A stretch of 64,000 nucleotides of DNA. Source: Gemmatimonadales bacterium. Its GTDB lineage: Bacteria > Gemmatimonadota > Gemmatimonadetes > Gemmatimonadales > GWC2-71-9. Position 1 is the stretch's first letter, and each line of letters begins with the position of its first letter. The DNA is taken from the NCBI GenBank assembly GCA_036559745.1, contig DATBSO010000184.1, positions 14,023-78,022 of the forward strand, read 5' to 3'. Shown here in pieces: positions 18,120 to 28,373 of the stretch. The notes beneath the pieces are model-generated. The model ran no database searches, was not told where the DNA came from, and worked only from the letters and a program-made list of their open reading frames with translations. The position numbers and the translations under genes were made by a program.

Positions 18120-20111
18120 ATGGACCGATTGGTAACCGCCTGCCGGACGCCCCTGGCGGGCCTCCTTTGCCTCTACCTCGTCGCCGGATGCGGCGGCGCC
18201 AAGCCGGTTCCGGCTCCCGCACCGGCGGAGCCTGTGGAGGGAACGGCCGCCCGGGCGAAGACGATGACGGTGCCGGTTCTGGAGGGCTTCGAGCGCGCGG
18301 TCGTGAACGGAACCCGGACCCGAACCGGCGTCCCCGGTCCCAAGTACTGGCAGCAGTGGTCGGAGTACAAGCTGGAGGCTGAGCTCAATCCGGTCTCGAA
18401 GCGCCTGACCGGGCACGGGACGATCAAGTACTACAACCGCTCCCCGGACACCCTCGCCACGGTGTACGTGCAGCTGCTCCACAACATCTTCGCGCCTGGC
18501 GCCCATCACGACACCAACGTGCCATGGTCGGTCGAGGGAGTCGATCTGGCGAAGGTGACCGCGCAGGGCACCGCCCTCTCGGCGGCCGGGGGCGAAGGGC
18601 CTGGCTACGAGGTCAGCGGGACCATCATGCGGATGCGCCTGCCCAAGCCCATTCCTCCGGGCGGCTCGGCCGATTTCGCGTTCGACTGGAAGCTCCGCGT
18701 CCCCCCGGACGGGGCGCCGCGTGGCGGTCAGGATGGAGAGGTCTACTACATCAGCTACTGGTACCCCCAGATGGCGGTGTACGACGACGTCAACGGGTGG
18801 CAGACGGACCAGTATCTCGGCAACGCCGAGTTCTACATGGGATACGGGGACTATGACGTCTCGCTGACCTTGCCGGCGGGATGGCTCGTGACGGGCACCG
18901 GCACGCTGGAGAATCCGGGCGACGTACTGAGCGCGCAGACCCGCGCGCGTCTCGACTCCGCCTCGCGGGCATCCGGAATCGTGCACGTCGTCGGGGAGAA
19001 CGACCGCTCCGCCGGCCGATCAACCACCGCCGGCCAGGACGGCAAGCTCACCTGGCACTTCAGCGCGAAGAACGTCCGCGACTTCGCCTGGGGGGCCTCC
19101 ACCCGCTACCTCTGGGACGCCACGAACGCCGCCGTTGGGGACGTGAACGGCGACGGCCGGCCCGATTCGTCGGCGATCTACTCCTTTTATCGCCCCGAGC
19201 AGCGGATCAGTCACTGGGACGAAGCGGCGCGCTACGGTCGCCACTCGATCGAGTTCTTCTCCAAGTACCTGTGGCCGTATCCCTGGCCCCACATGTCTGT
19301 CGTCGACGGCCCCAACTCGTGCGGCGGCATGGAATACCCGATGATGACGTGCATCGGCGGCGAGTGGGATACGCTCAGTATGTACGAGGTGGTGGACCAC
19401 GAGATCGGGCACATGTGGTTTCCCATGATGGTCGGCTCCGACGAGAAGCGCTTCGCCTGGATGGACGAGGGTTTCACCCAGTTCGACCAGTCCCAGGGCA
19501 TGGCCGACTTCTTCAAGGGATTCGATGACGAGGCCCGCAACCGGAAGAACTACCTCGATCTCGCGGAAGAGGGTGGGGAGACGGAGCTGATGCATCACGG
19601 CGACCGGTTCCCCAACTACAACGCGTACGGGGTAGCCGCCTACTACAAGCCCGCCGCCGCACTCGTCGCGCTCCGTGGCGTGATCGGGCGGGACACGTTC
19701 CACAAGGCGTTCACGGAGTACGGCCGGCGCTGGCTCTACAAGCACCCTACGCCGTGGGACTTCTTCGAAACCATAGAGGATGTCTCGCACCAGGATCTTT
19801 CCTGGTTCTGGCGTACCTGGTTCTTCGAGACCTGGAAGCTCGACCAGGCCATCGATACGGTCACGACGGTGGGGGATTCCGTCGAGGTCGTGATCGCCAA
19901 CCGGGGCAAGGCCCCGATGCCGGTCAAGCTGGCGGTGACCCGCGAGAGCGGGCCGGCGGATACGCTGACGGTCCCGGTGGACGTCTGGCTGGGCGGCGCC
20001 AAACGCACCGCCGTCCGGGTGGCACGGGAGCCCACCATCAAGACGATCGAAATCGATCCGGGCAATGACTTTCCGGACGTAGACCGCAGCAATCAGAAGT
20101 GGCCCCGATAG
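18120..20111 (+). CDS. M1-family zinc metallopeptidase (aminopeptidase N-like), lipoprotein
   Basis: Lipobox LVAGC. Gluzincin motif HEIGHMWF-x18-WMDEGF. Confidence 0.85.
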   Translation: MDRLVTACRTPLAGLLCLYLVAGCGGAKPVPAPAPAEPVEGTAARAKTMTVPVLEGFERAVVNGTRTRTGVPGPKYWQQWSEYKLEAELNPVSKRLTGHGTIKYYNRSPDTLATVYVQLLHNIFAPGAHHDTNVPWSVEGVDLAKVTAQGTALSAAGGEGPGYEVSGTIMRMRLPKPIPPGGSADFAFDWKLRVPPDGAPRGGQDGEVYYISYWYPQMAVYDDVNGWQTDQYLGNAEFYMGYGDYDVSLTLPAGWLVTGTGTLENPGDVLSAQTRARLDSASRASGIVHVVGENDRSAGRSTTAGQDGKLTWHFSAKNVRDFAWGASTRYLWDATNAAVGDVNGDGRPDSSAIYSFYRPEQRISHWDEAARYGRHSIEFFSKYLWPYPWPHMSVVDGPNSCGGMEYPMMTCIGGEWDTLSMYEVVDHEIGHMWFPMMVGSDEKRFAWMDEGFTQFDQSQGMADFFKGFDDEARNRKNYLDLAEEGGETELMHHGDRFPNYNAYGVAAYYKPAAALVALRGVIGRDTFHKAFTEYGRRWLYKHPTPWDFFETIEDVSHQDLSWFWRTWFFETWKLDQAIDTVTTVGDSVEVVIANRGKAPMPVKLAVTRESGPADTLTVPVDVWLGGAKRTAVRVAREPTIKTIEIDPGNDFPDVDRSNQKWPR

Positions 20112-20115
20112 GGTA

Positions 20116-20139
20116 AACCGCCCCCCCCAACCGGCGGTT
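20116..20139 (+). terminator. Hairpin just after the M1 peptidase stop (possible terminator)
   Basis: AACCGCC (20116-20122) pairs with GGCGGTT (20133-20139) with a C-rich 10-nt loop, followed by ..ctaccTTTc. Confidence 0.3.
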
Positions 20140-20158
20140 CCGGGGCTACCTTTCAGGG

Positions 20159-22363
20159 ATGTCCCGGGTCCTGATCGTCGCCAATCGGCTGCCCATCTCC
20201 GTCAAGGTCACCGAGACGGGCGTGGACGTCGAGCGCAGCCCTGGTGGCCTGGCTACGGGCCTCCAGGGTCCCCACGAACAGTCCGACGGCCTCTGGATCG
20301 GGTGGTCCGGAGCCGCCGAAGAGCTGACCGCCGAGCGGCAGGCCGAGCTCGATGCCAAGCTCGAGCAGATGCGCCTGGTGGCCGTCCCCCTCCCGACCGA
20401 CCTCGTCAACCGCTACTACCAGGGATTCTCCAACGGGGTGCTCTGGCCCCTGTTCCACTATCTGCTCGAGCAGGTGCCGCTGCAGGTGAGCGACTGGGAT
20501 GCCTACGTCGAGGCCAACGAGCGCTTCGCCGACGTCGTCGCCTCACGATACCAGCACGGCGATCTCATCTGGATCCACGATTACCAGCTCCTGCTGCTTC
20601 CGGGTCTTCTGCGCAAGCGGATCCCGGACGCCCGGATCGGGTTCTTCCTTCACATCCCGTTTCCCTCCGAAGAGCTGTTCCGAACGCTGCCGTCGCGGGA
20701 GCGGATACTCGAGGGAATTCTGGGCGCCGATCTCGTCGGCTTCCACACGCCGACCTACCTCCGGCACTTCTCTACGTCGCTGATCGATATCCTCGGTATC
20801 GCGGTCGAGATCGACCGGGTCCCGCTTCCGACCCGCGAAGTACGGCTCGGCGTCTTCCCGATGGGCATCGATGCGGCCTCGTTCGAGTCGCTGGCGGCAG
20901 ATCCCGCGGTCGAGGCGGAGGCCAAGGCGATCCGGGGCGACGGGAGCGTCCGTCTTCTCGTGGGGGTGGACCGGCTGGACTACACCAAGGGCATTCCGCG
21001 GCGCCTCCTGGCCTACGAGCGGATGCTGCACGTCCATCCCGAGCTGCGGGAGCGGGTGCGGCTGCTTCAGGTGGCAGTGCCGTCGAGGACGGGAGTCGGC
21101 GCGTACCAGGACTACCGGACCCGGGTGGACCAGCTGGTGGGGCAGATCAACGGCGCGTTCGGTACGCCGCGATGGATGCCGGTGCACTACATCTTCCGCG
21201 GGCTCGCCGAATCGGATCTGGTCGCGCTCTATCGCGCGGCAGACGTCATGCTGGTGACGCCGCTTCGCGACGGCATGAATCTCGTCGCGAAGGAGTTCAT
21301 CGCGTCGCGCAACGACGGCGACGGTGTGCTGGTGCTCAGCGAGTTCGCCGGCGCGTCGTGGGAGCTGCCGGAAGCGGTTCGGGTGAATCCGTATGACGTC
21401 GAGGGTGCGGCCGAGGTCTTCTATCGCGCGCTCACGATGCCGGCGGATGAGCGGCGGGCGCGCCTCGCACCGCTCCGGGTCCGGGTACGTACCTTCGACG
21501 TCCACCGCTGGGTGGCCTCGTTCCTGGAGCAGCTCGAGGAGTCCACGCCGATCGCGCCGCCACGCGGGCTCCCGGCCGGAACCCAGGCCGCACGGGATGC
21601 GTTGACCAGCAGGCTTGCCGAGACCGACGGACTCCTGCTGCTGCTCGACTACGATGGAACGCTGGTGCCCTTCGCCGCGACGCCGGATCTCGCTCGGCCG
21701 GACCCGGGTCTGGTCACGCTCCTGGGATCGATCGCCGCGCGCCCCGATACCGAGGTCCACGTGGTGAGCGGGCGGGCGCGCGACGCCCTCGACCATTGGC
21801 TCGGACATCTCCCGGTGTGGCTGCACGCCGAGCACGGGTTCTGGTCCCGGGCGCCGGACTCGCGGGAGTGGGTGCCGGCCGCCGAGCCCGGAGGCAGCTG
21901 GCGCGAGCCCGTGCTCGCGATTCTCCGCGACATCACCGCGCGCACCCCTGGCTCGCTCATCGAGACCAAGGCGGCGGCCATCGCGTGGCATTACCGCATG
22001 TCCGATCCGGAAATCGGCGCACGGCGTGCCAACGAGCTGCGCCTGCATCTCAACCAGGTGTTGAGCAACCAGCCGGTGGAGATCATCCCGGGTCACCGCC
22101 TGCTGGAGATTCGCCCGTACGGCATCCACAAGGGACGCATCGTGGCGCAGGTCTCTTCCGAGCGGCTCGCCAACACCGCCATCCTCGCCATTGGGGACGA
22201 CCGGACCGACGAGGATCTCTTCGCGGCGCTGCCTCCCGAGGCGATCACGATCCGCGTGGGTCCCGGCCCCACCCACGCGCGGTTCCGCATGGACGGCATC
22301 AGCGCGGTGCGCGCACTGCTCCAGAGCCTGGTGGATACCGGCGTCGGCGCCGGCCCCCGCTGA
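20159..22363 (+). CDS. otsA: Bifunctional trehalose-6-phosphate synthase / trehalose-6-phosphate phosphatase (OtsA-OtsB fusion)
   Basis: N-terminal GT20 domain (..[12 protein letters not shown].., ..[10 protein letters not shown].., ..[12 protein letters not shown].., ..[11 protein letters not shown]..). C-terminal HAD phosphatase (..[13 protein letters not shown].., ..[12 protein letters not shown]..). Confidence 0.9.
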   Translation: MSRVLIVANRLPISVKVTETGVDVERSPGGLATGLQGPHEQSDGLWIGWSGAAEELTAERQAELDAKLEQMRLVAVPLPTDLVNRYYQGFSNGVLWPLFHYLLEQVPLQVSDWDAYVEANERFADVVASRYQHGDLIWIHDYQLLLLPGLLRKRIPDARIGFFLHIPFPSEELFRTLPSRERILEGILGADLVGFHTPTYLRHFSTSLIDILGIAVEIDRVPLPTREVRLGVFPMGIDAASFESLAADPAVEAEAKAIRGDGSVRLLVGVDRLDYTKGIPRRLLAYERMLHVHPELRERVRLLQVAVPSRTGVGAYQDYRTRVDQLVGQINGAFGTPRWMPVHYIFRGLAESDLVALYRAADVMLVTPLRDGMNLVAKEFIASRNDGDGVLVLSEFAGASWELPEAVRVNPYDVEGAAEVFYRALTMPADERRARLAPLRVRVRTFDVHRWVASFLEQLEESTPIAPPRGLPAGTQAARDALTSRLAETDGLLLLLDYDGTLVPFAATPDLARPDPGLVTLLGSIAARPDTEVHVVSGRARDALDHWLGHLPVWLHAEHGFWSRAPDSREWVPAAEPGGSWREPVLAILRDITARTPGSLIETKAAAIAWHYRMSDPEIGARRANELRLHLNQVLSNQPVEIIPGHRLLEIRPYGIHKGRIVAQVSSERLANTAILAIGDDRTDEDLFAALPPEAITIRVGPGPTHARFRMDGISAVRALLQSLVDTGVGAGPR

Positions 22364-22365
22364 CG

Positions 22366-22905
22366 ATGACCACTCCCGCCCCCGCGATCACCGGAGACGA
22401 CCACGTGCTGGGCCAGGCCGGCGCCCGGGTGACGCTGATGGAGTACGGCGACTTCGAGTGCCCGAGCTGTGGGGCGACGCATCCGATTCTTCGTGAGGTG
22501 CGCCGGGCGTTCGGGCCGAACCTCCGGTTCATCTTCCGGCACTACCCACTGCGGGACAATCACCCGCATGCAGAGATGGCCGCGCAGGCGGCCGAAGCGG
22601 CGGCCGCCCAGGGGAAGTTCTGGGAAATGCACGACCGGTTGTACGAGCATCAGGACGCGCTCGACCAGCGCGGGCTCACGCGTCATGCCCGGAAGATCGG
22701 CGTCGACGTCGCGAAGTTCGAGACCGACCTCGCGGCCAGGACCTACGCGACGCGGGTCGAGCGCGACGTCGAAAGCGGGCGCGCGAGTGGCGTGCGGGGG
22801 ACGCCGTCGCTCTTCATCAATGGAGTCATCTACCGGGGCCCGCGAGATCGGGCCTCGCTCGTGGCGGCATTGGCGAACGCCGCGATGGCGCCCGCGGTGC
22901 CCTAG
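22366..22905 (+). CDS. DsbA-family thioredoxin-fold protein
   Basis: ATG 22366 lies 2 nt after the otsA-otsB stop. Active site ..EYGDFECPSCG.. (CxxC) and ..GVRGTPSLFING.. (cis-Pro loop). Confidence 0.85.
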   Translation: MTTPAPAITGDDHVLGQAGARVTLMEYGDFECPSCGATHPILREVRRAFGPNLRFIFRHYPLRDNHPHAEMAAQAAEAAAAQGKFWEMHDRLYEHQDALDQRGLTRHARKIGVDVAKFETDLAARTYATRVERDVESGRASGVRGTPSLFINGVIYRGPRDRASLVAALANAAMAPAVP

Positions 22906-22920
22906 GCGGAGGGTCGAGCC

Positions 22921-23928
22921 TTGGCGAAGAAACTCATGAATACGGCGGTGCAGACCGGGCCGCGTCGCATCGGCCGCCACACGATCCAGCGCCTGCTGCT
23001 CTACTATCTCGTGGCGGGCGGGATCCTGCTTCTGCTCACAGCGGTCTTTCCGCAGCGGGCAATGACGCCTGCGGGAGACATTCCACCCACTGGCATGGCG
23101 GAAGGCCTCGACTGGTTGCGATGGCGACTGGCGGTGATGCCGCTCGGCGCGCCGGCCTGGGTCGATGCCTGCGTCCAGATGGTGGGCGCGTTCCTTCTGG
23201 TGTTGCCGATCGCGTTCACCTACATCCGGACCCGCACCAGGGTGAAGTACGATCACTCGCTGGTGCAGACGGTCGTGATGCTGCCGATTGTGGTGACCGC
23301 CATCCTCGTCGTCGTACAGGACAGTCTGGCCCTCGCCTTCAGTCTTGCCGGGATCGTGGCGGCGGTTCGCTTCCGGAACAACCTGAGGGAATCCGGCGAC
23401 GCGGTGTACATCTTCGGGTCGATCGGGATCGGCTTCGCCTCGGGGATCCACGCGCTCAGCGTCGCTACGGCTCTGTCGGTCACCTTCGTGGTCGTCGAGC
23501 TGGTCCTCTGGAGGCTCGATCTCGGCGCCGAGTTCGACGACATGTTCAACCGGCTGTGCATGCCCTCCGGCGCGGATCGCGCGGCACCGCCTTCATCGGC
23601 CGGCGACGTGCCCGAGCCGACGGGCGGGAACGGACGGAAGCGAGGCGCGTCCGAGAGCCCTGACAGCGATCCCCGTCTCACGACGCTCCGGATCTACGTG
23701 GACGACCTCGCCGCGGGTCGCCTGGCGGTGGAGCAGGTGCTGGCGCGGGATGCCAAAGTCTGGACCGCGTCGTCCACCGAGCCGGGGGAGGGGACCGCAG
23801 GCGTGCTCGAGTATCGGGTCCGTCCCCGCAAGAGTGTGGGGCTCGCGGCGGTCCGGGACAACCTCCTGCGCGACGGCGCGCCCCACATCATCGCAACCGA
23901 CGAGACCGACGCCGCTCATCGGCTCTGA
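22921..23928 (+). CDS. DUF4956-family membrane protein with soluble C-terminal extension
   Basis: ..LAFSLAGIVAAVRFRNNLRESGDAVYIFGSIGIGFASG.. matches the DUF4956 core (xRFR..D..F.F). Start is TTG 22921 or ATG 22936. Confidence 0.65.
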   Translation: MAKKLMNTAVQTGPRRIGRHTIQRLLLYYLVAGGILLLLTAVFPQRAMTPAGDIPPTGMAEGLDWLRWRLAVMPLGAPAWVDACVQMVGAFLLVLPIAFTYIRTRTRVKYDHSLVQTVVMLPIVVTAILVVVQDSLALAFSLAGIVAAVRFRNNLRESGDAVYIFGSIGIGFASGIHALSVATALSVTFVVVELVLWRLDLGAEFDDMFNRLCMPSGADRAAPPSSAGDVPEPTGGNGRKRGASESPDSDPRLTTLRIYVDDLAAGRLAVEQVLARDAKVWTASSTEPGEGTAGVLEYRVRPRKSVGLAAVRDNLLRDGAPHIIATDETDAAHRL

Positions 23929-23986
23929 CGAGATTCTGTCATGAAAACCATAGGTCGTCGCGCCGGGCGCGCCGTATCTATGGAGC

Positions 23987-25447
23987 ATGAGCCTCTCAAC
24001 GACCAAGAGCGTCGCCGCCCTCCAGGCGGAAGCACGCACGCCGACCCTCCGCCGCGCCCTCGGACCCCTCAATCTCACCGCGCTCGGCATCGGCTCCGTC
24101 ATCGGAACCGGCATCTTCGTGCTCACCGGGACCGCGGCCTCGCAGAACGCGGGCCCCGCGCTGGTCGTCTCGATGCTCATCGCCGCCTTCGCCTGCGCAC
24201 TCGCCGGCCTCTGCTACGCGGAGCTGGCGTCCATGATCCCGGTGGCCGGAAGCGCATATACCTACGCCTACGCGTCATCGGGCCAGTTTGTCGCCTGGAT
24301 CATCGGCTGGGACCTCATTCTCGAATACGCGCTGAGCGGCGCGACGGTCGCGGTGGGATGGTCGGGATACTTCGTGAGCTTCCTGCGCGACCTCGGACTC
24401 GCGCTCCCACCTCAATTGACGGCGGCGCCGGCGGTCGGCGCCGTGGCGTCCGGCGGGAGCATCGTGCCTGGTGTCTTCAACCTGCCGGCCGCGCTGATCG
24501 TGCTGCTGGTGACGGCGCTCCTCGTGATCGGCATTCGCCAGAGCGCCAACACGAACACGACGCTCGTGCTGATCAAGACCGGCGTCCTCATCCTCTTCGT
24601 TGCGCTCGGCGCGGCGTACGTCCGGCGGGAGAACCTCGTACCATTCGTGCCGCCGAATACAGGCGAATTCGGACACTTCGGCTGGAGCGGCGTACTCCGT
24701 GGCGCCGCCATCATGTTCTTCGCCTACGTGGGGTTCGACGCCGTGTCGACCGCCGCCCAGGAGGCGAAGAACCCGCAGCGTGACATGCCGATCGGAATCC
24801 TCGCCTCACTGCTGATCTGCACGATCATCTACATCGCCGTCGCCGTGGTTCTCATCGGCATCGTGCCCTACCACAAGCTGAACGTGGCGGATCCGATCGC
24901 GGTCGGCATCGACGCCACGGGTCTGACCTGGTTCAGCCCGGTGGTGAAGATCAGCGCGCTCTTCGGCCTCTTCAGTACCATTCTGGTTCAGCTCCTGGGG
25001 CAGACCCGTATCTTCTTTTCCATGAGCCGTGACGGATTGCTTCCCGAGGTGTTCGGCCGAGTGCACCCCAGGTTCCAGACTCCGTGGCTCAGCACGATCC
25101 TGACCGGGTCGGTCGTGGCCATCGCTGCCGGTCTCCTCCCGCTCGCCGTCCTGAGCCAGCTCGTGAGCATCGGGTCCCTGCTGGCGTTCGTGCTCGTCTG
25201 CATCGGAGTCCTGGTACTCCGGCGGACCGCCCCGGACGTGCCGCGGCCCTTCCGGACCCCCTGGGTGCCGTGGGTGCCTGTGTTGGGGGCCCTCTCCTGT
25301 ATCGTCCAGATGGTGAGCCTTCCGCGATCGACCTGGGAGCGCCTGATTATCTGGATGGGGCTGGGCCTGGCGGTGTACTTCTTCTATGGGCGGCGCGTGC
25401 GGACCCGCGCGCCGGTGGCCGATGGGCAGGAGGCGGCAACCGGGTGA
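23987..25447 (+). CDS. APC-superfamily amino-acid permease (cationic amino-acid transporter-like)
   Basis: 486 aa, about 12 TM helices. ..LGPLNLTALGIGSVIGTGIFVLTG.. and ..FFAYVGFDAVSTAAQEAKNPQRDMP.. are typical of the family. Confidence 0.9.
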   Translation: MSLSTTKSVAALQAEARTPTLRRALGPLNLTALGIGSVIGTGIFVLTGTAASQNAGPALVVSMLIAAFACALAGLCYAELASMIPVAGSAYTYAYASSGQFVAWIIGWDLILEYALSGATVAVGWSGYFVSFLRDLGLALPPQLTAAPAVGAVASGGSIVPGVFNLPAALIVLLVTALLVIGIRQSANTNTTLVLIKTGVLILFVALGAAYVRRENLVPFVPPNTGEFGHFGWSGVLRGAAIMFFAYVGFDAVSTAAQEAKNPQRDMPIGILASLLICTIIYIAVAVVLIGIVPYHKLNVADPIAVGIDATGLTWFSPVVKISALFGLFSTILVQLLGQTRIFFSMSRDGLLPEVFGRVHPRFQTPWLSTILTGSVVAIAAGLLPLAVLSQLVSIGSLLAFVLVCIGVLVLRRTAPDVPRPFRTPWVPWVPVLGALSCIVQMVSLPRSTWERLIIWMGLGLAVYFFYGRRVRTRAPVADGQEAATG

Positions 25448-27105
25448 GATCCACGTCGCGGTACCTGATACTTCTCCTGGCCCTGACACTCGCGTTGTCG
25501 GGGCTTCTGGCCTATGAGGCGCAGCGCGCCACGCGTTCGCACCAGGTCACCGCCGAGCGCGCGCTCAAGGACTACGCCACGGTCGCCGCGTGGGAATTCG
25601 TATCGGCGAGCGAGGAGAAGATCGACCGCGCTCTCGCGACCGCCCTCGGCCCCGTCACCTCGACGCCCGCGGTGTCCCCTTACGATTCTCTTCCTCCCCC
25701 ATCGGCTCTGGCTCCGGCGGCCGATTCGATCCTGCGCTGCGATGCGTCGCAGGATCCCGCGCGCCGCTACTTCGCGCTCGACTTCCGCACTGGCACGCTG
25801 GTGACGAGCGGGCAGAGCCGGAGCCCGCGATCGCTCGCGTGGCTCCGAGACTCGCTGCTCGAGCCTGCCCGCCGCGCGCTGCCTCGGGGTGGACAGTACG
25901 GTGCGCTCTGGATGCGAGAAGGGCCGGCCGATGCCGTGGCTCTCTACGGGATCAAGTCGCTCCGATACAGCGGGTACGCCGTGCACGACGCACCGGTGGC
26001 GGCGTACGGGCTGATCACCTGTCCCGCGGCCCTCGCGACGGTGTTCGGGGACGTTCTCGCGCGCCACGCGTTGCTTCCCAGGTCCGTGACCGGCGGCCTG
26101 GCGAACCGGGATCTGGTGACCATCGAGGTGACCGATCCGGCAGGCGCGATCATCTACCGCGGCGGCGCCTCCGGCCCCGCCGGGTTCGGCGGCCAGGCGG
26201 AATCGGGATCTTTCGTCGTACGCGTCTGGCTACCCACCGCGGTCGCCGGTCGGCTGGTCGTCGCGCGTCCAGCCTCCCGGTTGCCGGTGCTCCTCGGTCT
26301 GTTGGCTCTCACCGCCGGCCTTGCCGCGGTCGGGGTACGCCAACTGCGCCGGGAACAGGAGCTCACCCGTCTCCGCGCGGATTTCACATCGAGCGTCTCC
26401 CACGAGCTGCGTACGCCGCTGACTCAGATTCTCCTGTTCGCGGAGACGCTCGAGCTGGGACGCGCGGGAAGCGAGGACGGAAGGCGGGAGGCCGTCGACA
26501 TCATCGTCCAGGAGGCCCGCCGCCTGGCCCATCTGGTGGAGAACGTCCTGCACTTCTCCCGCGCTGAACGACAGATGGTGAGGGTGAAGAAGGAGATGGT
26601 TGCTCTCGCCCCGCTGCTTCGGGAGATCACCGAGCGCTTCGCGCCCCTGGCAGGGCATGCCGCGCTTCGGATCCGCACGGAGCTGGACGAGCGGCTCGCG
26701 GCGTCGGTCGATCCGGAGTGCTTCCATCAGGTGGTCATCAATCTGCTCGACAACGCGGTGAAGCACGGCGCCCGCGGTGGCCTCGTGACGGTCCGCACCT
26801 CGCTCCGCGAGGGCTACGCCCGGGTGGAAGTCGAGGATGCCGGACCGGGAATTCCGCCGGCCGATCGCCAGCGCGTCTGGGAACCATTCGTCCGGCTGCG
26901 GGGATCGGACGGGGCCACGGGGAGCGGCATCGGACTCGCGGTGGTGCGGCAGCTCGTGGCCGCGCACGGAGGCCGGACCGGAGTGGATGACGCGCCGAGC
27001 GGCGGCGCACGGTTCATGGTCGAGGTACCGGGTGGCGTGCTGCTGGACAGTCCTGCCGCTCCCGTGTCCCACCGGATCACGGAGGCCACGTGGCCCGAGT
27101 CCTGA
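25444..27105 (+). CDS. Sensor histidine kinase with large periplasmic sensor domain
   Basis: GTG 25444 overlaps the permease stop (GTGA). TM1 is LILLLALTLALSGLLAY, followed by a roughly 270-aa loop and TM2 LPVLLGLLALTAGLAAVGV. H-box FTSSVSHELRTPLT. N, G1 and G2 boxes (..NLLDNAVKH.., ..DAGPGI.., ..GSGIGLA..). Confidence 0.85.
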   Translation: MRSTSRYLILLLALTLALSGLLAYEAQRATRSHQVTAERALKDYATVAAWEFVSASEEKIDRALATALGPVTSTPAVSPYDSLPPPSALAPAADSILRCDASQDPARRYFALDFRTGTLVTSGQSRSPRSLAWLRDSLLEPARRALPRGGQYGALWMREGPADAVALYGIKSLRYSGYAVHDAPVAAYGLITCPAALATVFGDVLARHALLPRSVTGGLANRDLVTIEVTDPAGAIIYRGGASGPAGFGGQAESGSFVVRVWLPTAVAGRLVVARPASRLPVLLGLLALTAGLAAVGVRQLRREQELTRLRADFTSSVSHELRTPLTQILLFAETLELGRAGSEDGRREAVDIIVQEARRLAHLVENVLHFSRAERQMVRVKKEMVALAPLLREITERFAPLAGHAALRIRTELDERLAASVDPECFHQVVINLLDNAVKHGARGGLVTVRTSLREGYARVEVEDAGPGIPPADRQRVWEPFVRLRGSDGATGSGIGLAVVRQLVAAHGGRTGVDDAPSGGARFMVEVPGGVLLDSPAAPVSHRITEATWPES

Positions 27106-27767
27106 TCGTCGAAGACAACCCGAACCTCGCGTACGGACTCCGGACCAACCTCGCCTTCGAAGGCCATGCCGTCGAGGTCGCCGAGGACGGACCGACCGGC
27201 CTCCGGCTCGGCCGGGAGCGAAAGCACGAGCTGATCGTGCTCGACCTTATGCTGCCGGTGATGGATGGCTTCGAGGTGCTGCAGTCGTTGCGGGCCGACG
27301 GGGTGGAGACGCCGGTGCTGGTGCTCACGGCCAGGGGAGACGAGGCCGATAAGGTGCGCGGCCTCCGCAACGGGGCCGATGACTACGTGACGAAGCCGTT
27401 CGCCCTGAGAGAGCTGCTGGCGCGAGTGGCGGCCCTGCTCCGGCGTGCGACCGCCTCACCGGCACCGCGCGCGTTCGGGAACGTGGTCGTGGATCCGGCA
27501 ACCCATGTCGTCACCCGGCGAGGCGTCCCCGTGGGCCTGAGGCCCAAGGAATACGATCTCCTCCAGGCGCTCCTTCGCCGCAATGGGCGAGTCGCGACCC
27601 GCTCGGAGCTCTTGCGTGAGGTGTGGGGATACCACGAGAGCGTCCTCAGCCGGACGCTCGATACCCATGTTGGAGAATTGCGGAGGAAACTGGAGGAGGA
27701 CCCGGCCCGGCCCCGGTACATCCTCACCGTTCGGAAGACCGGGTACCAGCTCGCGCTGGCCGACTGA
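27090..27767 (+). CDS. OmpR/PhoB-family response regulator
   Basis: GTG 27090 overlaps the HK gene by 16 nt. Receiver ..VLIVEDN.., ..LIVLDLMLP.., ..VLVLTARG.., ..DDYVTKPF... Winged-helix output ..LRPKEYDLLQAL...VWGY...RTLDTHVGELRRKL.. Confidence 0.9.
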   Translation: MARVLIVEDNPNLAYGLRTNLAFEGHAVEVAEDGPTGLRLGRERKHELIVLDLMLPVMDGFEVLQSLRADGVETPVLVLTARGDEADKVRGLRNGADDYVTKPFALRELLARVAALLRRATASPAPRAFGNVVVDPATHVVTRRGVPVGLRPKEYDLLQALLRRNGRVATRSELLREVWGYHESVLSRTLDTHVGELRRKLEEDPARPRYILTVRKTGYQLALAD

Positions 27768-27772
27768 CGTGC

Positions 27773-28189
27773 CTACTCGTTGGCCAGCGCTTCCGGTTTG
27801 ATGCGGCGGATCGCACGCTTGGCCGACGCGGCGATCTCGTCGTTGATCTCCTCGTCCATCATCTTCTTGAGCTTGGGCACCGCGGCCGAGGCGCCGGGCC
27901 CGATCTCGCCGAGCGCCACGGTGACCGGGAAGCGCACGCTCGCATTGGGATCGTCGAGCGCCTCGATGAGCGCGGGAACGGCCGGTGCACCCGCCGGGCC
28001 GAGTCCGGAGATCTCGTAGGCCGCGGCGTTCCGCGTCTGGGGTGCGGCGGCCTTGAGATCGGCCACCCACTCGCTGAGAGGCCGTCCATCGACGATCGTA
28101 TCCTTGGCGGAGGCAGCGGCTTGTGCGTGAATGGACGGCGCCACCAGCAGATAGGCCCCGACCAGTGCCCCCAACGTACGCTTCAGCAT
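27773..28189 (-). CDS. Secreted HEAT-repeat protein
   Basis: ATG 28189 is preceded by GGAGG. Signal peptide MLKRTLGALVGAYLLVAPSIHAQA. Repeats ..AVPALIEALDDPNASVRFPVTVALGEIG..AVPKLKKMM.. are HEAT/PBS-lyase-like. Confidence 0.65.
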   Translation of the reverse strand: MLKRTLGALVGAYLLVAPSIHAQAAASAKDTIVDGRPLSEWVADLKAAAPQTRNAAAYEISGLGPAGAPAVPALIEALDDPNASVRFPVTVALGEIGPGASAAVPKLKKMMDEEINDEIAASAKRAIRRIKPEALANE

Positions 28190-28373
28190 GGATCCTCCAA
28201 CGACGTTTCGGCCTTCGGGATGCGACCAGTACTGCCGGAATATAACCGCCACCGAAACGGTGGCCGGGGCCGCGACGACTGGCGCGCGACGGGGCTTTCC
28301 GATAAATCTTCCGCCCGGCGTGCCCGCACCGGGTGCGCCCAGGCGACATCCAGCTACCCGACGAGCTCCCCGA

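Noticed and set aside
20543-22276. 577-aa minus-strand ORF
   Set aside because: It is antisense to the clearly recognisable OtsA-OtsB gene. The same reasoning applies to 9776..11032(-), 12853..14022(-), 16285..17454(+), 17712..18986(-), 22093..23451(-), 46674..47708(-), 47778..48887(-), 56090..57112(-), 57122..58249(-) and 58536..60092(-).
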